From Terrimicrobiaceae bacterium (GTDB lineage: Bacteria; Verrucomicrobiota; Verrucomicrobiia; Chthoniobacterales; Terrimicrobiaceae), in NCBI GenBank assembly GCA_044342325.1, contig JBIIPZ010000018.1, positions 1 to 59,404 of the forward strand: a stretch of DNA of 59,404 nt, in the 5' to 3' direction. The translations under genes were made by a program, and so were the position numbers. This document shows, piece after piece, positions 1 to 9,653 of the stretch (the stretch's first letter is position 1; every line of letters starts with the position of its first letter). Under the pieces are notes generated by a model, which was not told the origin of the DNA, made no database searches, and saw only the letters and a list, made by a program, of their open reading frames with translations.

Positions 1-117
1 GCTCAGATCGAGAAAGGCGAGGAGTTCGAGTGGCTCCTCGAGGACAAAAACGCTTTTTTACTCCGTCGCAAAAAACCGAAAAAATCGATTTTGAAAGACC
101 GTGGGCCGCTAACTTGA
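1..117 (+). CDS. 3' fragment of a small protein, possibly AbrB/MazE-like DNA-binding (runs off the window start)
   Basis: Frame +1 reads AQIEKGEEFEWLLEDKNAFLLRRKKPKKSILKDRGPLT* (TGA 115-117). The IEKGEEFEW..ED...LLRR pattern resembles the C-terminal half of swapped-hairpin proteins. Confidence 0.4.
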   Translation, partial: AQIEKGEEFEWLLEDKNAFLLRRKKPKKSILKDRGPLT

Positions 118-663
118 CGCCCATGCCATGTCGGCGCGGGCCTCCCCGAGCGACAGGTCGCCAAAGTAGATCGTGATCATGTATTTTCCGGGAGGCGCAT
201 CCACGCGGAAGGGCGCCTTGGCGCCAGCGCCCTTGCGCGAACTCAGACCATCGGCAACCATATTGTAGAGCGGCTCGGTTTCTGCTTGGTGGAAGATCGG
301 ATTGAGCGAATCGTTGCGCTCAAAAAACCACTCGAGTTTTTGATCTTTCTCTACCCAGCCGAAGCCCTTTTCCGGCGAATAATCGCTAAAAATGTGCACG
401 GGGGCCCAGTCCTTCTGAACCAGACCGGAGAACTTGCGGGTGGCAAAATAGCGGGCCACAAAGTTGCCTGCCGGAAGATCCGCCGGAATGCTGGCCTTGT
501 CCGGCGGAGCGCCGAAATCAAATCGCCAAGCTTTTGTCTCCTCGGGGGTTGGGGAGGGTTTGGATTCCGCAACTGAAGACTCCGGCTGGCGTTTGCAGGC
601 CGAAAAGGCCATGAGAACAGACAAGCCGACTGAGGTTAGGAGGGTGGTTGGTGTTTTTTTCAT
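109..663 (-). pseudogene. Secreted lipoprotein with a galactose-binding-like/carbohydrate-associated domain, apparently 3'-truncated
   Basis: ATG at 663; signal peptide and lipobox MKKTPTTLLTSVGLSVLMAFSAC. WRFDFG...YSPEKGFGW...FRVDAPPGKYMITIYFGD resembles beta-sandwich modules of polysaccharide esterases/lyases. The ORF ends abruptly, overlapping the opposite-strand ORF end at 109-117. Confidence 0.45.
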
Positions 664-694
664 TGGTGTTTGGATTGTGAAATTAAATGAGTGT

Positions 695-2671
695 TCAAGA
701 CGCGGCATCTTCAAGAGCCATGAGGCCCATGAGGCCGCCCCAGGTGAGGAAGGCGGTGGAGTTCGCGCCCTTGGCTTCGGTGGCTTCACCAAAGCCGGTG
801 AGCGCGCTGTAGTTTTCATGCACATGGCCGTCGCGGCGCCACTCCTGGAGGAAAATAGCGAGCGAGCGCTGAGCGAGCCAGGAAGCGGCTTTGCGATCGA
901 ATTCACGCAGGCCATGGTAAACAAGGTAGTTCATCGGCGGCCAGACGCGCCCGCGCCAGTAGCTTCCATCCGGGGAAAACTCCTCATGGGCCGCATCAAG
1001 GCTTGGCAGCGGCCACTCGATCCCGAAGTGGGTGGGATTGGTGATCCATTCCTTGATCATCCTTCCGGCGCGCTCTGGCGAGACGATGCCGGCCATGAGC
1101 GGATAGAAGCTGATGGGCGCAATGGCCGACTGGAATTCCCCGGTCCACATGCGATTGGCGTAAATGCCGCGCTCTTCATCCCAAAGGACGGCGTTGATTT
1201 TATCGCCGAGAGAGCGATAGCAGGCAGTGAAATCGGCCTCGTCTTGCGAAAGAACGAGTTCCCCGGCCATGAATGCCATGTCCTTGGCGAAGCGCGCCAT
1301 GAGGCTTGAGAGATCGACGCAGTTCATGGCGAGCGTCTGGAATTGCTCCGAGAACGGCACATCGTAATACAGCGGCGTGTTGTCGAGACCTGACTCCAAG
1401 CGGGCGTGCATCTGCGGCGGATGCGTCGGCGGTTGCCAGGGGTTCCATCCCCACTCGAAAAGCCCGTCGCCATTGCGGTCCCGCTCGCGGCACATCCAGT
1501 GGTAGTAGGCTTTCAAGTCGCCATAAACATCGGCAAGAAATCTCTTGTCCGGCTCCCGTTCATAGATGCGGCGACAGGCCCACGGCAGGATGGGAGGATT
1601 GGTGGTGGCTTCCAGTTGATGCCGCCCCATGCGCACCGTGGCGAGACCACCATCAGTCATGCGCAGGAAGGCGATCGATGCCTTGGCCACTTCGCGGGCG
1701 AGAGGCAGATCGAGCTCGGCCAGGCAGAGCGCGTAAAAACCGGAGTCCCAAGCAAACAGTGCGGGGCCCATTCCATGTTCTAGATCCCCTTCGCGATGCC
1801 GAACCCCGGAGAGTTCCATTCCCTTCAATCCGCGCCAGACCCATTCCTTACCTGCCGGAAGATATGGGCGGCGACTGAGCGGATCCCATGTGAGCGTCCA
1901 TCCCAGCACGGCACTCAAGGCCTCTCGCGCTTCGTCCAGTTCGCATCCCGGGCTGTCGGAAATGCGCTGAGGCAGAACCAACGGCTCACCAACCGTGAGA
2001 AGAAAATCGCCAAACGGCAACTCGACGCGGATTGATCCATCCGCCGCAGTCGAAGCCTTCAAAATGTTTCCATCGATCCGCAGAATCTCACCGCTCGATA
2101 GAGTAATGGTATCCTTCTCGAACGATTGTTGAATGGCTGCGCCCCAGACGCCGCGTGAGATCAGCACAAAGCGGAAATTGGCATTCGCTTCGGCATCCAC
2201 AGCCACACTGAGTCTTTTTCCATCGGCAGCGGAGCGGAAGGCCCACTCGCCCGAGTCGCGGTGGTGACTCAATGCGATTCGCGCCTGCTTCATGAGCGGG
2301 TCGCGCCCCCCTGGGCGGCGGATCCAGCCCATCGGCCAATCAGGAATCCCGTAGGTGGTCATTTTTTTGTGCGCCGCCTGCTCCTCGTGAGTCCCCGCGT
2401 TCTCCTCGGCAATTTGAAAAGCTCCCTCAGCGAGTCTGCGGCGTTCCTCCCAAACATGGAACCCATACTCTTCGGCCATCTCGCCGGTGGACAAATCCTG
2501 CGTCGCAAGAACCAACTCCCACTTCGCCTCTGGAAGAACCAAACGGTTCACACCATACGCGTGCCAAGTGTTCCAGTGACCTCTCAAGGCATTTGACAAA
2601 TTCGGAGAGTTTGATGCGATTTCTTTGTTATTGGCAGGGGCGGGATCTTGTTGAAAAATAGCCTTGCTCAT
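695..2671 (-). CDS. GH63/MGH1-like (trehalase-like) (alpha/alpha)6 glycoside hydrolase
   Basis: Motifs LFAWDSGF, TNPP, RDRNGDGLFEWG, ESGLDNTP, YWRGRVWPPMNYLVYHGL, HVHENYS, FLTWGGL. Start uncertain (ATG 2671 or TTG 2599). Confidence 0.8.
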   Translation of the reverse strand: MSKAIFQQDPAPANNKEIASNSPNLSNALRGHWNTWHAYGVNRLVLPEAKWELVLATQDLSTGEMAEEYGFHVWEERRRLAEGAFQIAEENAGTHEEQAAHKKMTTYGIPDWPMGWIRRPGGRDPLMKQARIALSHHRDSGEWAFRSAADGKRLSVAVDAEANANFRFVLISRGVWGAAIQQSFEKDTITLSSGEILRIDGNILKASTAADGSIRVELPFGDFLLTVGEPLVLPQRISDSPGCELDEAREALSAVLGWTLTWDPLSRRPYLPAGKEWVWRGLKGMELSGVRHREGDLEHGMGPALFAWDSGFYALCLAELDLPLAREVAKASIAFLRMTDGGLATVRMGRHQLEATTNPPILPWACRRIYEREPDKRFLADVYGDLKAYYHWMCRERDRNGDGLFEWGWNPWQPPTHPPQMHARLESGLDNTPLYYDVPFSEQFQTLAMNCVDLSSLMARFAKDMAFMAGELVLSQDEADFTACYRSLGDKINAVLWDEERGIYANRMWTGEFQSAIAPISFYPLMAGIVSPERAGRMIKEWITNPTHFGIEWPLPSLDAAHEEFSPDGSYWRGRVWPPMNYLVYHGLREFDRKAASWLAQRSLAIFLQEWRRDGHVHENYSALTGFGEATEAKGANSTAFLTWGGLMGLMALEDAAS

Positions 2672-2700
2672 AGTGAGCAATGTTGTTATTTGCGTTATTT
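2664..2700. promoter_or_regulatory. Candidate operator region between divergent genes
   Basis: Perfect inverted repeat TTGCTCA-TAG-TGAGCAA (2664-2680), followed by TGTTATT/CGTTATT direct repeats (2684-2699). Confidence 0.45.
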
Positions 2701-2704
2701 GTCT

Positions 2705-4756
2705 ATGTCAACATCAAAACCCATTCTGTCACGAAGAATCCTCTCCCCCTGCCACTGCGAAGAACCCACAAGCGCTCGATTGCTCCAGGAACTGAGCAAA
2801 GCCGTCGAGTTGGATTTTAACGAAATTCACATCGGCGCAGCCATGCACGAGGAGGCGATTGGCAATTTGGACGGCTTCATCGAATATGAAGGCTGGCTGG
2901 AGAAAGCGAATGCCGGGCGTCCGATGAACCGGATCAGGCACCAGCGCGATGTGTTGAACGGATTCTGTGAAAAATCCCGCGCCGCCGGCGTGAAGACCTA
3001 CCTCTGGCACCACGAACTCTGGTTCCCCGATGCCGTGAAAAAGGCCTTTGCAAAGGAGTTCAAGGACGGACGCATCGACCCCACCGGCAAGTTCGCGGAA
3101 AATTACCTCGGCAGCCGCTTCAAGACCGCGCGCAAGCAGCTACCGCAACTCGACGGCCTCATTCTCACCCTCGCCGAAACGAGCCAGGTCGTTTATCAGG
3201 CCGACGCTCCCGAGAGCGAAATCATCGAGCAGACAACCGCCTTCTTAAAACTTCTGGACCGGAGTCTGCGCGAAGCGGGTTGGGATTATGTTCTCCGGCT
3301 CTTCTGCTGGGAGGAGAAGGAATACCGCATCATGAGCGGAGCGATTGCCCGTTTGCCGAAAAAGCCCGTGGTGATGATCAAGGCGGTTCCCTTCGACTGG
3401 CACATGCACTTTCCGGTGGACCCGGTCATCGCGAAATTTGGCGACTCAAACCTCATCGTCGAACTTGGCACCAACAACGAATACTGGGGCGTCAACCGCA
3501 TACCCTGCGCGAATCCGGACGACTACATCGGCTACCTCACCAAGGCGATGACTCTGGCGCCGAAAATGATCGGCGTGGCGGCCCGCACAGACCGCGATGA
3601 TGTGAGCGTGTGGGAGACGCCTAATGAAATCAATCTGCGCGCGGTATCCGCCGTTGCGCATGGTGTGCCCGTAACAGGAAAACAATTGGCCGAGGACTTT
3701 GCCGGCAAACGCTACGGAGTCGCCTCCATCGCCAGATTCGGCAAGTTGCTGCTCGGAACGGGTGAAGTCACAGCGGAGGGTTATTACGAGCGCGGGAGGC
3801 ATCTGAACGGCACTTACATCGGGCACCTCATCGGCACGCACAACCTCTTCCAGCAGGCGCGCGACCTGTTTTTCGAGCCGGGCGACACCGCATTCCACAA
3901 AGCCCGGCTGGAAGTGGAGGCCAAGGCCGCCAGCCTTCGCCGCGAACTGGAGGCAATGAAGCAGGAACTCTCGACGGCCGATCAACGGGACCTCGCCAAC
4001 TCGCTGGAGTTGCTTGAGGCGCTGGTGAAGGCGAACTCGCTGACCTGCGATGTCCTCTATGGCCTGCGTTGCTCGATGTATGACAGGGCTTGGCGGAGCG
4101 AGGCCAAGTGGAAGACCTGGAAAATGGAAACCTTGGATCTTGCAGATGCGGTCGAAAGAAAATTCGGCAGCGACTTGTTTGATTACGGCGTGTTCGCGCA
4201 GGGCATGGTCTATCCGGGCTCCCTCTCGAATCGTTTACGCCTTCTTGTGAAGCAGCAGGCCGAGGTTCTGAAAAAACTCGAGTTCCGCAAACCGGGGCCT
4301 GAACTCATTCAGAAAAAGCCCCTCTCCTACCAAGGCCGCAAGGCGTTTGAGTTGCCGATTGAGGGAATTCGCGTGAGCGCGAAGGCGGGCAAGAATCCCC
4401 TCGTGCTTGTGATGCAGGCCGGCTCGGAAATGGCCGTGACCCGCCCGCTACGATTCCGCGTGAATGGTGGGGCGGAGACCATCAAGCCGCTCGGCACATT
4501 CGGCTGGTTCAAATGCTGCGAGGGCTACCGCACCTATGAAATCGAGCTTCCCGCAACAAAGGGCGGTCTCGAAATCGAACTCGCATCGGCCGATCCGAAC
4601 CACCCCGTTCGCATCTCCTCACTCCGCTTCGAGGAGCGGATCAGCGGCACCCGGGGTGAGCTTCTCACCGATTATCGCGCCAATACGCATTTCCCTTGGG
4701 ATGCCGAAAAATTCAAGTCGCCCCGTAAATCGACCACCAAAAAGAAGACCTCGTGA
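2705..4756 (+). CDS. Hypothetical glycoside-hydrolase-like protein (possible GH67/GH115-like TIM barrel with C-terminal beta-sandwich)
   Basis: Long ORF with coherent codon usage; segments GVKTYLWHHE, LPQLDGLILTLAE, IKAVPFDW, NEYWG; located in the carbohydrate island. Confidence 0.5.
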   Translation: MSTSKPILSRRILSPCHCEEPTSARLLQELSKAVELDFNEIHIGAAMHEEAIGNLDGFIEYEGWLEKANAGRPMNRIRHQRDVLNGFCEKSRAAGVKTYLWHHELWFPDAVKKAFAKEFKDGRIDPTGKFAENYLGSRFKTARKQLPQLDGLILTLAETSQVVYQADAPESEIIEQTTAFLKLLDRSLREAGWDYVLRLFCWEEKEYRIMSGAIARLPKKPVVMIKAVPFDWHMHFPVDPVIAKFGDSNLIVELGTNNEYWGVNRIPCANPDDYIGYLTKAMTLAPKMIGVAARTDRDDVSVWETPNEINLRAVSAVAHGVPVTGKQLAEDFAGKRYGVASIARFGKLLLGTGEVTAEGYYERGRHLNGTYIGHLIGTHNLFQQARDLFFEPGDTAFHKARLEVEAKAASLRRELEAMKQELSTADQRDLANSLELLEALVKANSLTCDVLYGLRCSMYDRAWRSEAKWKTWKMETLDLADAVERKFGSDLFDYGVFAQGMVYPGSLSNRLRLLVKQQAEVLKKLEFRKPGPELIQKKPLSYQGRKAFELPIEGIRVSAKAGKNPLVLVMQAGSEMAVTRPLRFRVNGGAETIKPLGTFGWFKCCEGYRTYEIELPATKGGLEIELASADPNHPVRISSLRFEERISGTRGELLTDYRANTHFPWDAEKFKSPRKSTTKKKTS

Positions 4757-6882
4757 AATCAACGCATTCCATCGTCACCCTGCGTGCGTCCGAAGACAAG
4801 GACTCCGGGACGCATGCCGTGGTTTCGCTGCCATGGCCGGCCAACGAAAAAAGTGTTCCCTCATCGCCGGATGTCCTCCTCCAATGCATCGACCTTTTCC
4901 CCGATGCAGAGTCCCCCTCCATGAAGCGCCACTTCTGCCTGTTGCAGAATGACGCGGGACTCCCCAAGGAAATCCGTATCGAAAAAGACGACGCGCTGGC
5001 CAGCCACCCGCATGAGGTCACGATCAACTGGCACACGCTCCACGAGACTCTCGACAAGGAAAAATACACCTACTGCGAGCAGGAGGCGCGCCTCGACGAC
5101 GGAAAACGCTCGTTCGGGTTGAGACTCGGGTGGATGCTCCAAGGAACAGCCGGCACCTCGTCCGAGGATTTCACCTGGTGGCAATGGTGTGCAGCGGAAC
5201 CCGCATGGAGCGGACCGCTGGCCGAGGCGTGGAGGCTTGGAGGTTATCTCGCCACCTGCAGCCGCAATTCGGCAGGAGGCTTCCCGAAGCAAAATGGCTC
5301 AAACCTCCTCGAACTCAGCCGCCGCATCGTCGAGGAGCAAGGGGATGTGCTGCATGCCGATGTCTGGGTCATCTGGTGGCGAAGCGGTCTCGTGCAGCTG
5401 CGCGTGCACTTCAAAACGCCCTATTTCCATGTCGAGCCACGCCCGATGCACGGCTTCCCTGTCATCGCGCTCACAAACTCCGGCGCACTGCCCACGGAAG
5501 GAAACTTCTCCGACAACGAACTTCAGTTTCCATTTGGAAACGGACAGATCAGCCTGGAGCCGTCCGGACTCATGTTTGAGGAAAATTCCCAAGGTCGCTG
5601 GATGCATCCTGAAAACGGCACAGCCGTTCTGCAGCCTTGGAACGATCTTCGCGTTTTGGCCAACAAGGACCGCACCAACACGCACCATTACCTTCCGCCT
5701 GCCAGCACAGACACCATGCCGGAAGGCGTGTCGCGCAGTTTCAGCCTCAACATTTCCCTCGAAGGAGAAACCACCCCTGTCTCGCGCTACAGCGTGCCGC
5801 CAGAGTGGTATCGCACTTGTGGAGTCCTGACCTCCACCACGATCGGCGCGGCAACGCAAGCCGCATCGCGCGGGGCGGATTTGCTCAAATCCAACACCCG
5901 ACGGGGAGGATTCGACACAGGTTTTGTCTGGCGCTACCTGCGTCGCGACCTCCGAACCGGAACACCTGAGGAAGACGGCGCGGAGTGGGATGGCGACACA
6001 GCCGCAGGGCTTTGGACGCTTGCCTATCAAAAAGGAGAGGATCCCTCGCTGTTCTGGCCATTGTATGAGGCCATCGCGGTGCATGCTGCCGATATCGCCG
6101 TGCATCATGGCCGCTGCCTGCAACGCTTGGAAAACAGTGTCTCCTTCACGGCTCCGATGCCCAAGGCGCGCTTCCGGGGCATCCTGAACGCCTACCTCGA
6201 AACCGGCGACCCGTATTTGCTGGATGTCTGCACGGAACTTGCCTCCACCTACATCAATCTTCAAACGGCCAACCTGCCAAGAGTAGCGATCGGACGCGAT
6301 GCCTGGCCTGTGACGAGCCTGCTGGAATTGCACGACCACACTGCCGACGCCTTGTATTTGAGGGCCGCCCGGCGGATCATCCATGCCCTGCTCCGCACCC
6401 AGCAACCGGATGGAGGGTTCAGCAGCCAAGCCGGCGCTGGCCGCTTGTCCGGGATGTCCTCCATGCCATCCAAGGCCAGCATCGGCTTTGGAAGCGGGTT
6501 GCTTGCGCCGGTCGCGATCTTCGAGTGGGCACGCCGCGATTCAGAACACCTGCCCAAGGATTTTTCCCAAAGAGTCGTCAACTGGGCAAACCTCATGCGA
6601 GATTGCCTGCAGAAGGAGGGATACTGGAGCCAGAACCAGGAAATCCCGGTTCCTTATCCGCTAATCACCACCAGCGCCTTCTTCACATTCCCGCAAGCCG
6701 CAGGTTTCACAGAAGACCAAGGCCTCCTTGCCGTGCTCGGTAAAGCGGTGGAGTATTTGGAAAAAACCACGACCCATGTGAACGGCACCCACGCCTTTCT
6801 CGGTTGCCTCCATGCCCACTGGGCGGAGGCCAGCCTGACAAATCCCCCCGAACAAAAAAAACCAACCAGAAAAACCAACTAA
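4753..6882 (+). CDS. Hypothetical protein with a C-terminal (alpha/alpha)6-barrel-like domain (lyase/glycosidase-like)
   Basis: GTG start overlapping the previous stop (GTGA); helical-barrel repeats AYLETGDPYLLD, LHDHTADALYLRAA, TQQPDGGF. Confidence 0.5.
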   Translation: MKSTHSIVTLRASEDKDSGTHAVVSLPWPANEKSVPSSPDVLLQCIDLFPDAESPSMKRHFCLLQNDAGLPKEIRIEKDDALASHPHEVTINWHTLHETLDKEKYTYCEQEARLDDGKRSFGLRLGWMLQGTAGTSSEDFTWWQWCAAEPAWSGPLAEAWRLGGYLATCSRNSAGGFPKQNGSNLLELSRRIVEEQGDVLHADVWVIWWRSGLVQLRVHFKTPYFHVEPRPMHGFPVIALTNSGALPTEGNFSDNELQFPFGNGQISLEPSGLMFEENSQGRWMHPENGTAVLQPWNDLRVLANKDRTNTHHYLPPASTDTMPEGVSRSFSLNISLEGETTPVSRYSVPPEWYRTCGVLTSTTIGAATQAASRGADLLKSNTRRGGFDTGFVWRYLRRDLRTGTPEEDGAEWDGDTAAGLWTLAYQKGEDPSLFWPLYEAIAVHAADIAVHHGRCLQRLENSVSFTAPMPKARFRGILNAYLETGDPYLLDVCTELASTYINLQTANLPRVAIGRDAWPVTSLLELHDHTADALYLRAARRIIHALLRTQQPDGGFSSQAGAGRLSGMSSMPSKASIGFGSGLLAPVAIFEWARRDSEHLPKDFSQRVVNWANLMRDCLQKEGYWSQNQEIPVPYPLITTSAFFTFPQAAGFTEDQGLLAVLGKAVEYLEKTTTHVNGTHAFLGCLHAHWAEASLTNPPEQKKPTRKTN

Positions 6883-6886
6883 CAAC

Positions 6887-7426
6887 GTGAAGATAACAAA
6901 ACTCCTCAGCATCATTGCTCTTGCAGCAAGCCCCCTCCTCGCCTCCGCCGAAGATGGCTCCAACTCCCTCGTCGAGAATGGGACATTCAAGAAAAACGGC
7001 ATGGGCTGGGAATCCGTAACCAAGGAAGAATGTGGCAGTGTAGAATACATACAAGAAGAGGAAGAAGGCTATGCACGCCTGTCTCCGATCAACTCAAAAT
7101 ACCCGAATATCGTGATGTCTCAGAGAAGCTTCGTTCCTACGGATGGCGGCGAATTTGTGGCATCGGCCAAAATCCGTGTCAGTGCGGATTATGACCAAGC
7201 CAAGCCTCCGATGGTTTCCTTCAATGTTTTCAATCCTACGGGCAAGGAACCCCGCTCCCAACAATTCAGCCTCAAGCCCTCCGAGTTTGCGGAACCCGGC
7301 ACATGGGTTGAGGTGGCTCTTCCGGTAAGCATTCCTGCAGCTAGCCCACGCGTTTGGATCCAGTGCACCGCTTACGGCAAGTCCGGCACGGTTGACTTCA
7401 CAGAAGTCACCCTGAAGGCGAAATAA
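6887..7426 (+). CDS. Secreted carbohydrate-binding-module-like protein (CBM4/9-like)
   Basis: Signal peptide ending in ASA; NSLVENGTF..GW near the start and GTVDFTEVTL at the end, typical of CBM4/9-like beta-sandwiches. Confidence 0.6.
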   Translation: MKITKLLSIIALAASPLLASAEDGSNSLVENGTFKKNGMGWESVTKEECGSVEYIQEEEEGYARLSPINSKYPNIVMSQRSFVPTDGGEFVASAKIRVSADYDQAKPPMVSFNVFNPTGKEPRSQQFSLKPSEFAEPGTWVEVALPVSIPAASPRVWIQCTAYGKSGTVDFTEVTLKAK

Positions 7427-7455
7427 GATACTCCCCCGTAGGCTGGAAAAATGAG

Positions 7456-7491
7456 AGCGCCGGGCGCAAGACAGGCCCCCGGCGCTTTATT
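7456..7491 (+). terminator. Possible intrinsic terminator or processing hairpin
   Basis: AGCGCCGGG (7456-7464) pairs with CCCGGCGCT (7478-7486), followed by TTATT. Confidence 0.45.
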
Positions 7492-7505
7492 CAAACAACT
7501 CGACG

Positions 7506-8171
7506 ATGAAAGTCATTCAATGCTGGGACGACGGAGTCACTGACGACATCCGCCTTATCGAAATCCTCCGCCGACATGGCGCGCGGGCGACATTCAATTT
7601 GAACCTTGGACTTCACGAGAAAGAGCGCAAGGCGGGAGCAAAGCTTCATCGCGGCATCAAAGTCGTATCCAAGCTCGCTGTTGGCGAGTTGCTGGAGGTT
7701 TACCGGGACTTTTCCGTGGCCAACCACACGCTCACGCATCCTTGGCTCACGCGTATCACGCCGACGGAGGCCACGGAGGACATTCGTAAAGGCAAGGATG
7801 CCCTCGAGCAACTCTTCGGGCGCGGGATTCCTGGCTTCGCGTATCCCTTTGGCGACCACAACCCCGAAGTCATGGATCTGGTTCGCGCAGCCGGACACGC
7901 CTACGCGCGAACAGTCGTCAATCGCAGCCCCTCCTTCCCCCCGGAGAATCCCATGGCCTTTCACCCCGACTGCCACTTTCTGGCCGAAAATTTTTGGGAA
8001 CTTTTTGAGGCGGCAAAAGCCGAAGACCGCGTTTTCTACTTTTGGGGACACAGCTACGAACTCATCACGGAAGAGGACTGGAGTGGCTTTGACGAGAAAA
8101 TTGCCCGTCTGAGCGCCGATCCTGCCGTGGAGTGGGAGGACATTGCAAACCTCCCGTTTGCGAACCCCTGA
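7506..8171 (+). CDS. Polysaccharide deacetylase (CE4/NodB family)
   Basis: WDDG, ATFNLN, VANHTLTHP, FAYPFG and FYFWGHSYE motifs. Confidence 0.85.
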   Translation: MKVIQCWDDGVTDDIRLIEILRRHGARATFNLNLGLHEKERKAGAKLHRGIKVVSKLAVGELLEVYRDFSVANHTLTHPWLTRITPTEATEDIRKGKDALEQLFGRGIPGFAYPFGDHNPEVMDLVRAAGHAYARTVVNRSPSFPPENPMAFHPDCHFLAENFWELFEAAKAEDRVFYFWGHSYELITEEDWSGFDEKIARLSADPAVEWEDIANLPFANP

Positions 8172-8210
8172 TTGTGAAGACAAGGGGACGAAATTCGCAA
8201 TTCCGGGGCT

Positions 8211-9644
8211 TTACTTCGCCGCGTTTTTCATGGGGTCTGGCGGGGTATAGCTCTCACTGCCGCCATGTCGCAACCACTCCCGCCGCAGGAGAAGAAGAAA
8301 AACCATGGCAATTGCAGTGAAAACCAATTGCCAGACAGGCAGGAAGCGGTAGGAAAACTCGGAACCTTTGGCGGCAATCGCGGGCAAGGCACCCAAGAAG
8401 TCGAACATGAATCCGGCCCCCATCGCGCTCAGAGCAATGACGATGGCGCTCACAGCGGCATTGGCAGAGCAGAACTGACCATATCGATCCTGCGGCAGAA
8501 GGCGCATGGAGAATGGCATCCAGCAAATCGTGTAAACGGCCTGCAGTGGCAGAGTCAGAATGGTGAGAGCGCACAAGATGCGGAAATTCCACGAGGCATC
8601 GAAGCTGGAAAAAAGCCAAACCAACTGCAGTGGCAAGGTGGCCAAGAGCAGGGTTTTTATGACAACCATGACACGCACTGGATGGTATCGATCCACCAGA
8701 AAACCGGCTGGGACCAACAGAACCATGGTGGCAATGTTCACAAACGCGTTGAGGGAGCCGATTTTTTGCAAATCCAGCCCCAGTGCGAGGTAGAAAAAGA
8801 CCATGAATGCGCCAGTGGCCCCGGCCATCGCGGCAAAGGCATTGTAAATAAAGTAAAAGAGATACAATCGATGCGACGAGCATTCCTTCAGGTAGGTCTT
8901 CACAGCCGCCAGGAATCCCGCACCTTTTTCATCAACCTCCGGTGGCGGCGGGTATTCTGGTTCTTTGACGCGCCAGCACATGAGACCGAAGCCGACCAAA
9001 TAGAGCAGGGCGACGCCAACGAAGATTTCCCGACCGTGGCTCAAGGCATGGGGAAAAATGAAATAATTGTAGAGCGCGCCGGCACCGGTTCCCACAATTT
9101 GGAAAAGCGTCAAAAAACGGCCTAGATGCGAGGTCGGCACCACATCATTGAAGAGGTAGTAAAAAACCTTCACCACGATATCCGCACACCGGAACAGAGC
9201 GACCAGGATGCCGATAACCACAACGGTTACTGTCGCGGGAGACATCGATGCCATCCTACCCACGCCCATGGCATGAAGGGCCTTGCCGATTTCGGGCGCA
9301 AACCCCAGACCGCAGATCGCCACGGCAATGACCGGCGTAGCGGCCGCCATAAAGGGAATCCGCCTCCCCCAGCGGCTGCGGCAACGATCCGAGCGAAAAC
9401 TCGCCACGGGATTGATGAGAAAATTCAATGCGCTCGGCATCGTGGTCAGAATGAGCGCGATGGTGGAGTTGCTCGCACCGAGGGGGCGCAATTCCAGCGG
9501 CAGGATACTCGGAATGACCTGCTCCATGAGCGTGAAACAGAAGTCCCCCCAAAGCAGCCAGAAGAACAGCAGCATCAACCCGCTTCGGGTGTATTTCAAT
9601 TTTTGGATGGGTTCCGAACCGGTCTGTGGAGTGGGGTGTGACAT
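8211..9644 (-). CDS. MFS transporter (sugar/glycoside type)
   Basis: About 12 hydrophobic helices; SDRCRSRWGRRIPF MFS loop motif. Confidence 0.85.
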   Translation of the reverse strand: MSHPTPQTGSEPIQKLKYTRSGLMLLFFWLLWGDFCFTLMEQVIPSILPLELRPLGASNSTIALILTTMPSALNFLINPVASFRSDRCRSRWGRRIPFMAAATPVIAVAICGLGFAPEIGKALHAMGVGRMASMSPATVTVVVIGILVALFRCADIVVKVFYYLFNDVVPTSHLGRFLTLFQIVGTGAGALYNYFIFPHALSHGREIFVGVALLYLVGFGLMCWRVKEPEYPPPPEVDEKGAGFLAAVKTYLKECSSHRLYLFYFIYNAFAAMAGATGAFMVFFYLALGLDLQKIGSLNAFVNIATMVLLVPAGFLVDRYHPVRVMVVIKTLLLATLPLQLVWLFSSFDASWNFRILCALTILTLPLQAVYTICWMPFSMRLLPQDRYGQFCSANAAVSAIVIALSAMGAGFMFDFLGALPAIAAKGSEFSYRFLPVWQLVFTAIAMVFLLLLRREWLRHGGSESYTPPDPMKNAAK

Positions 9645-9653
9645 ATAAATTTT

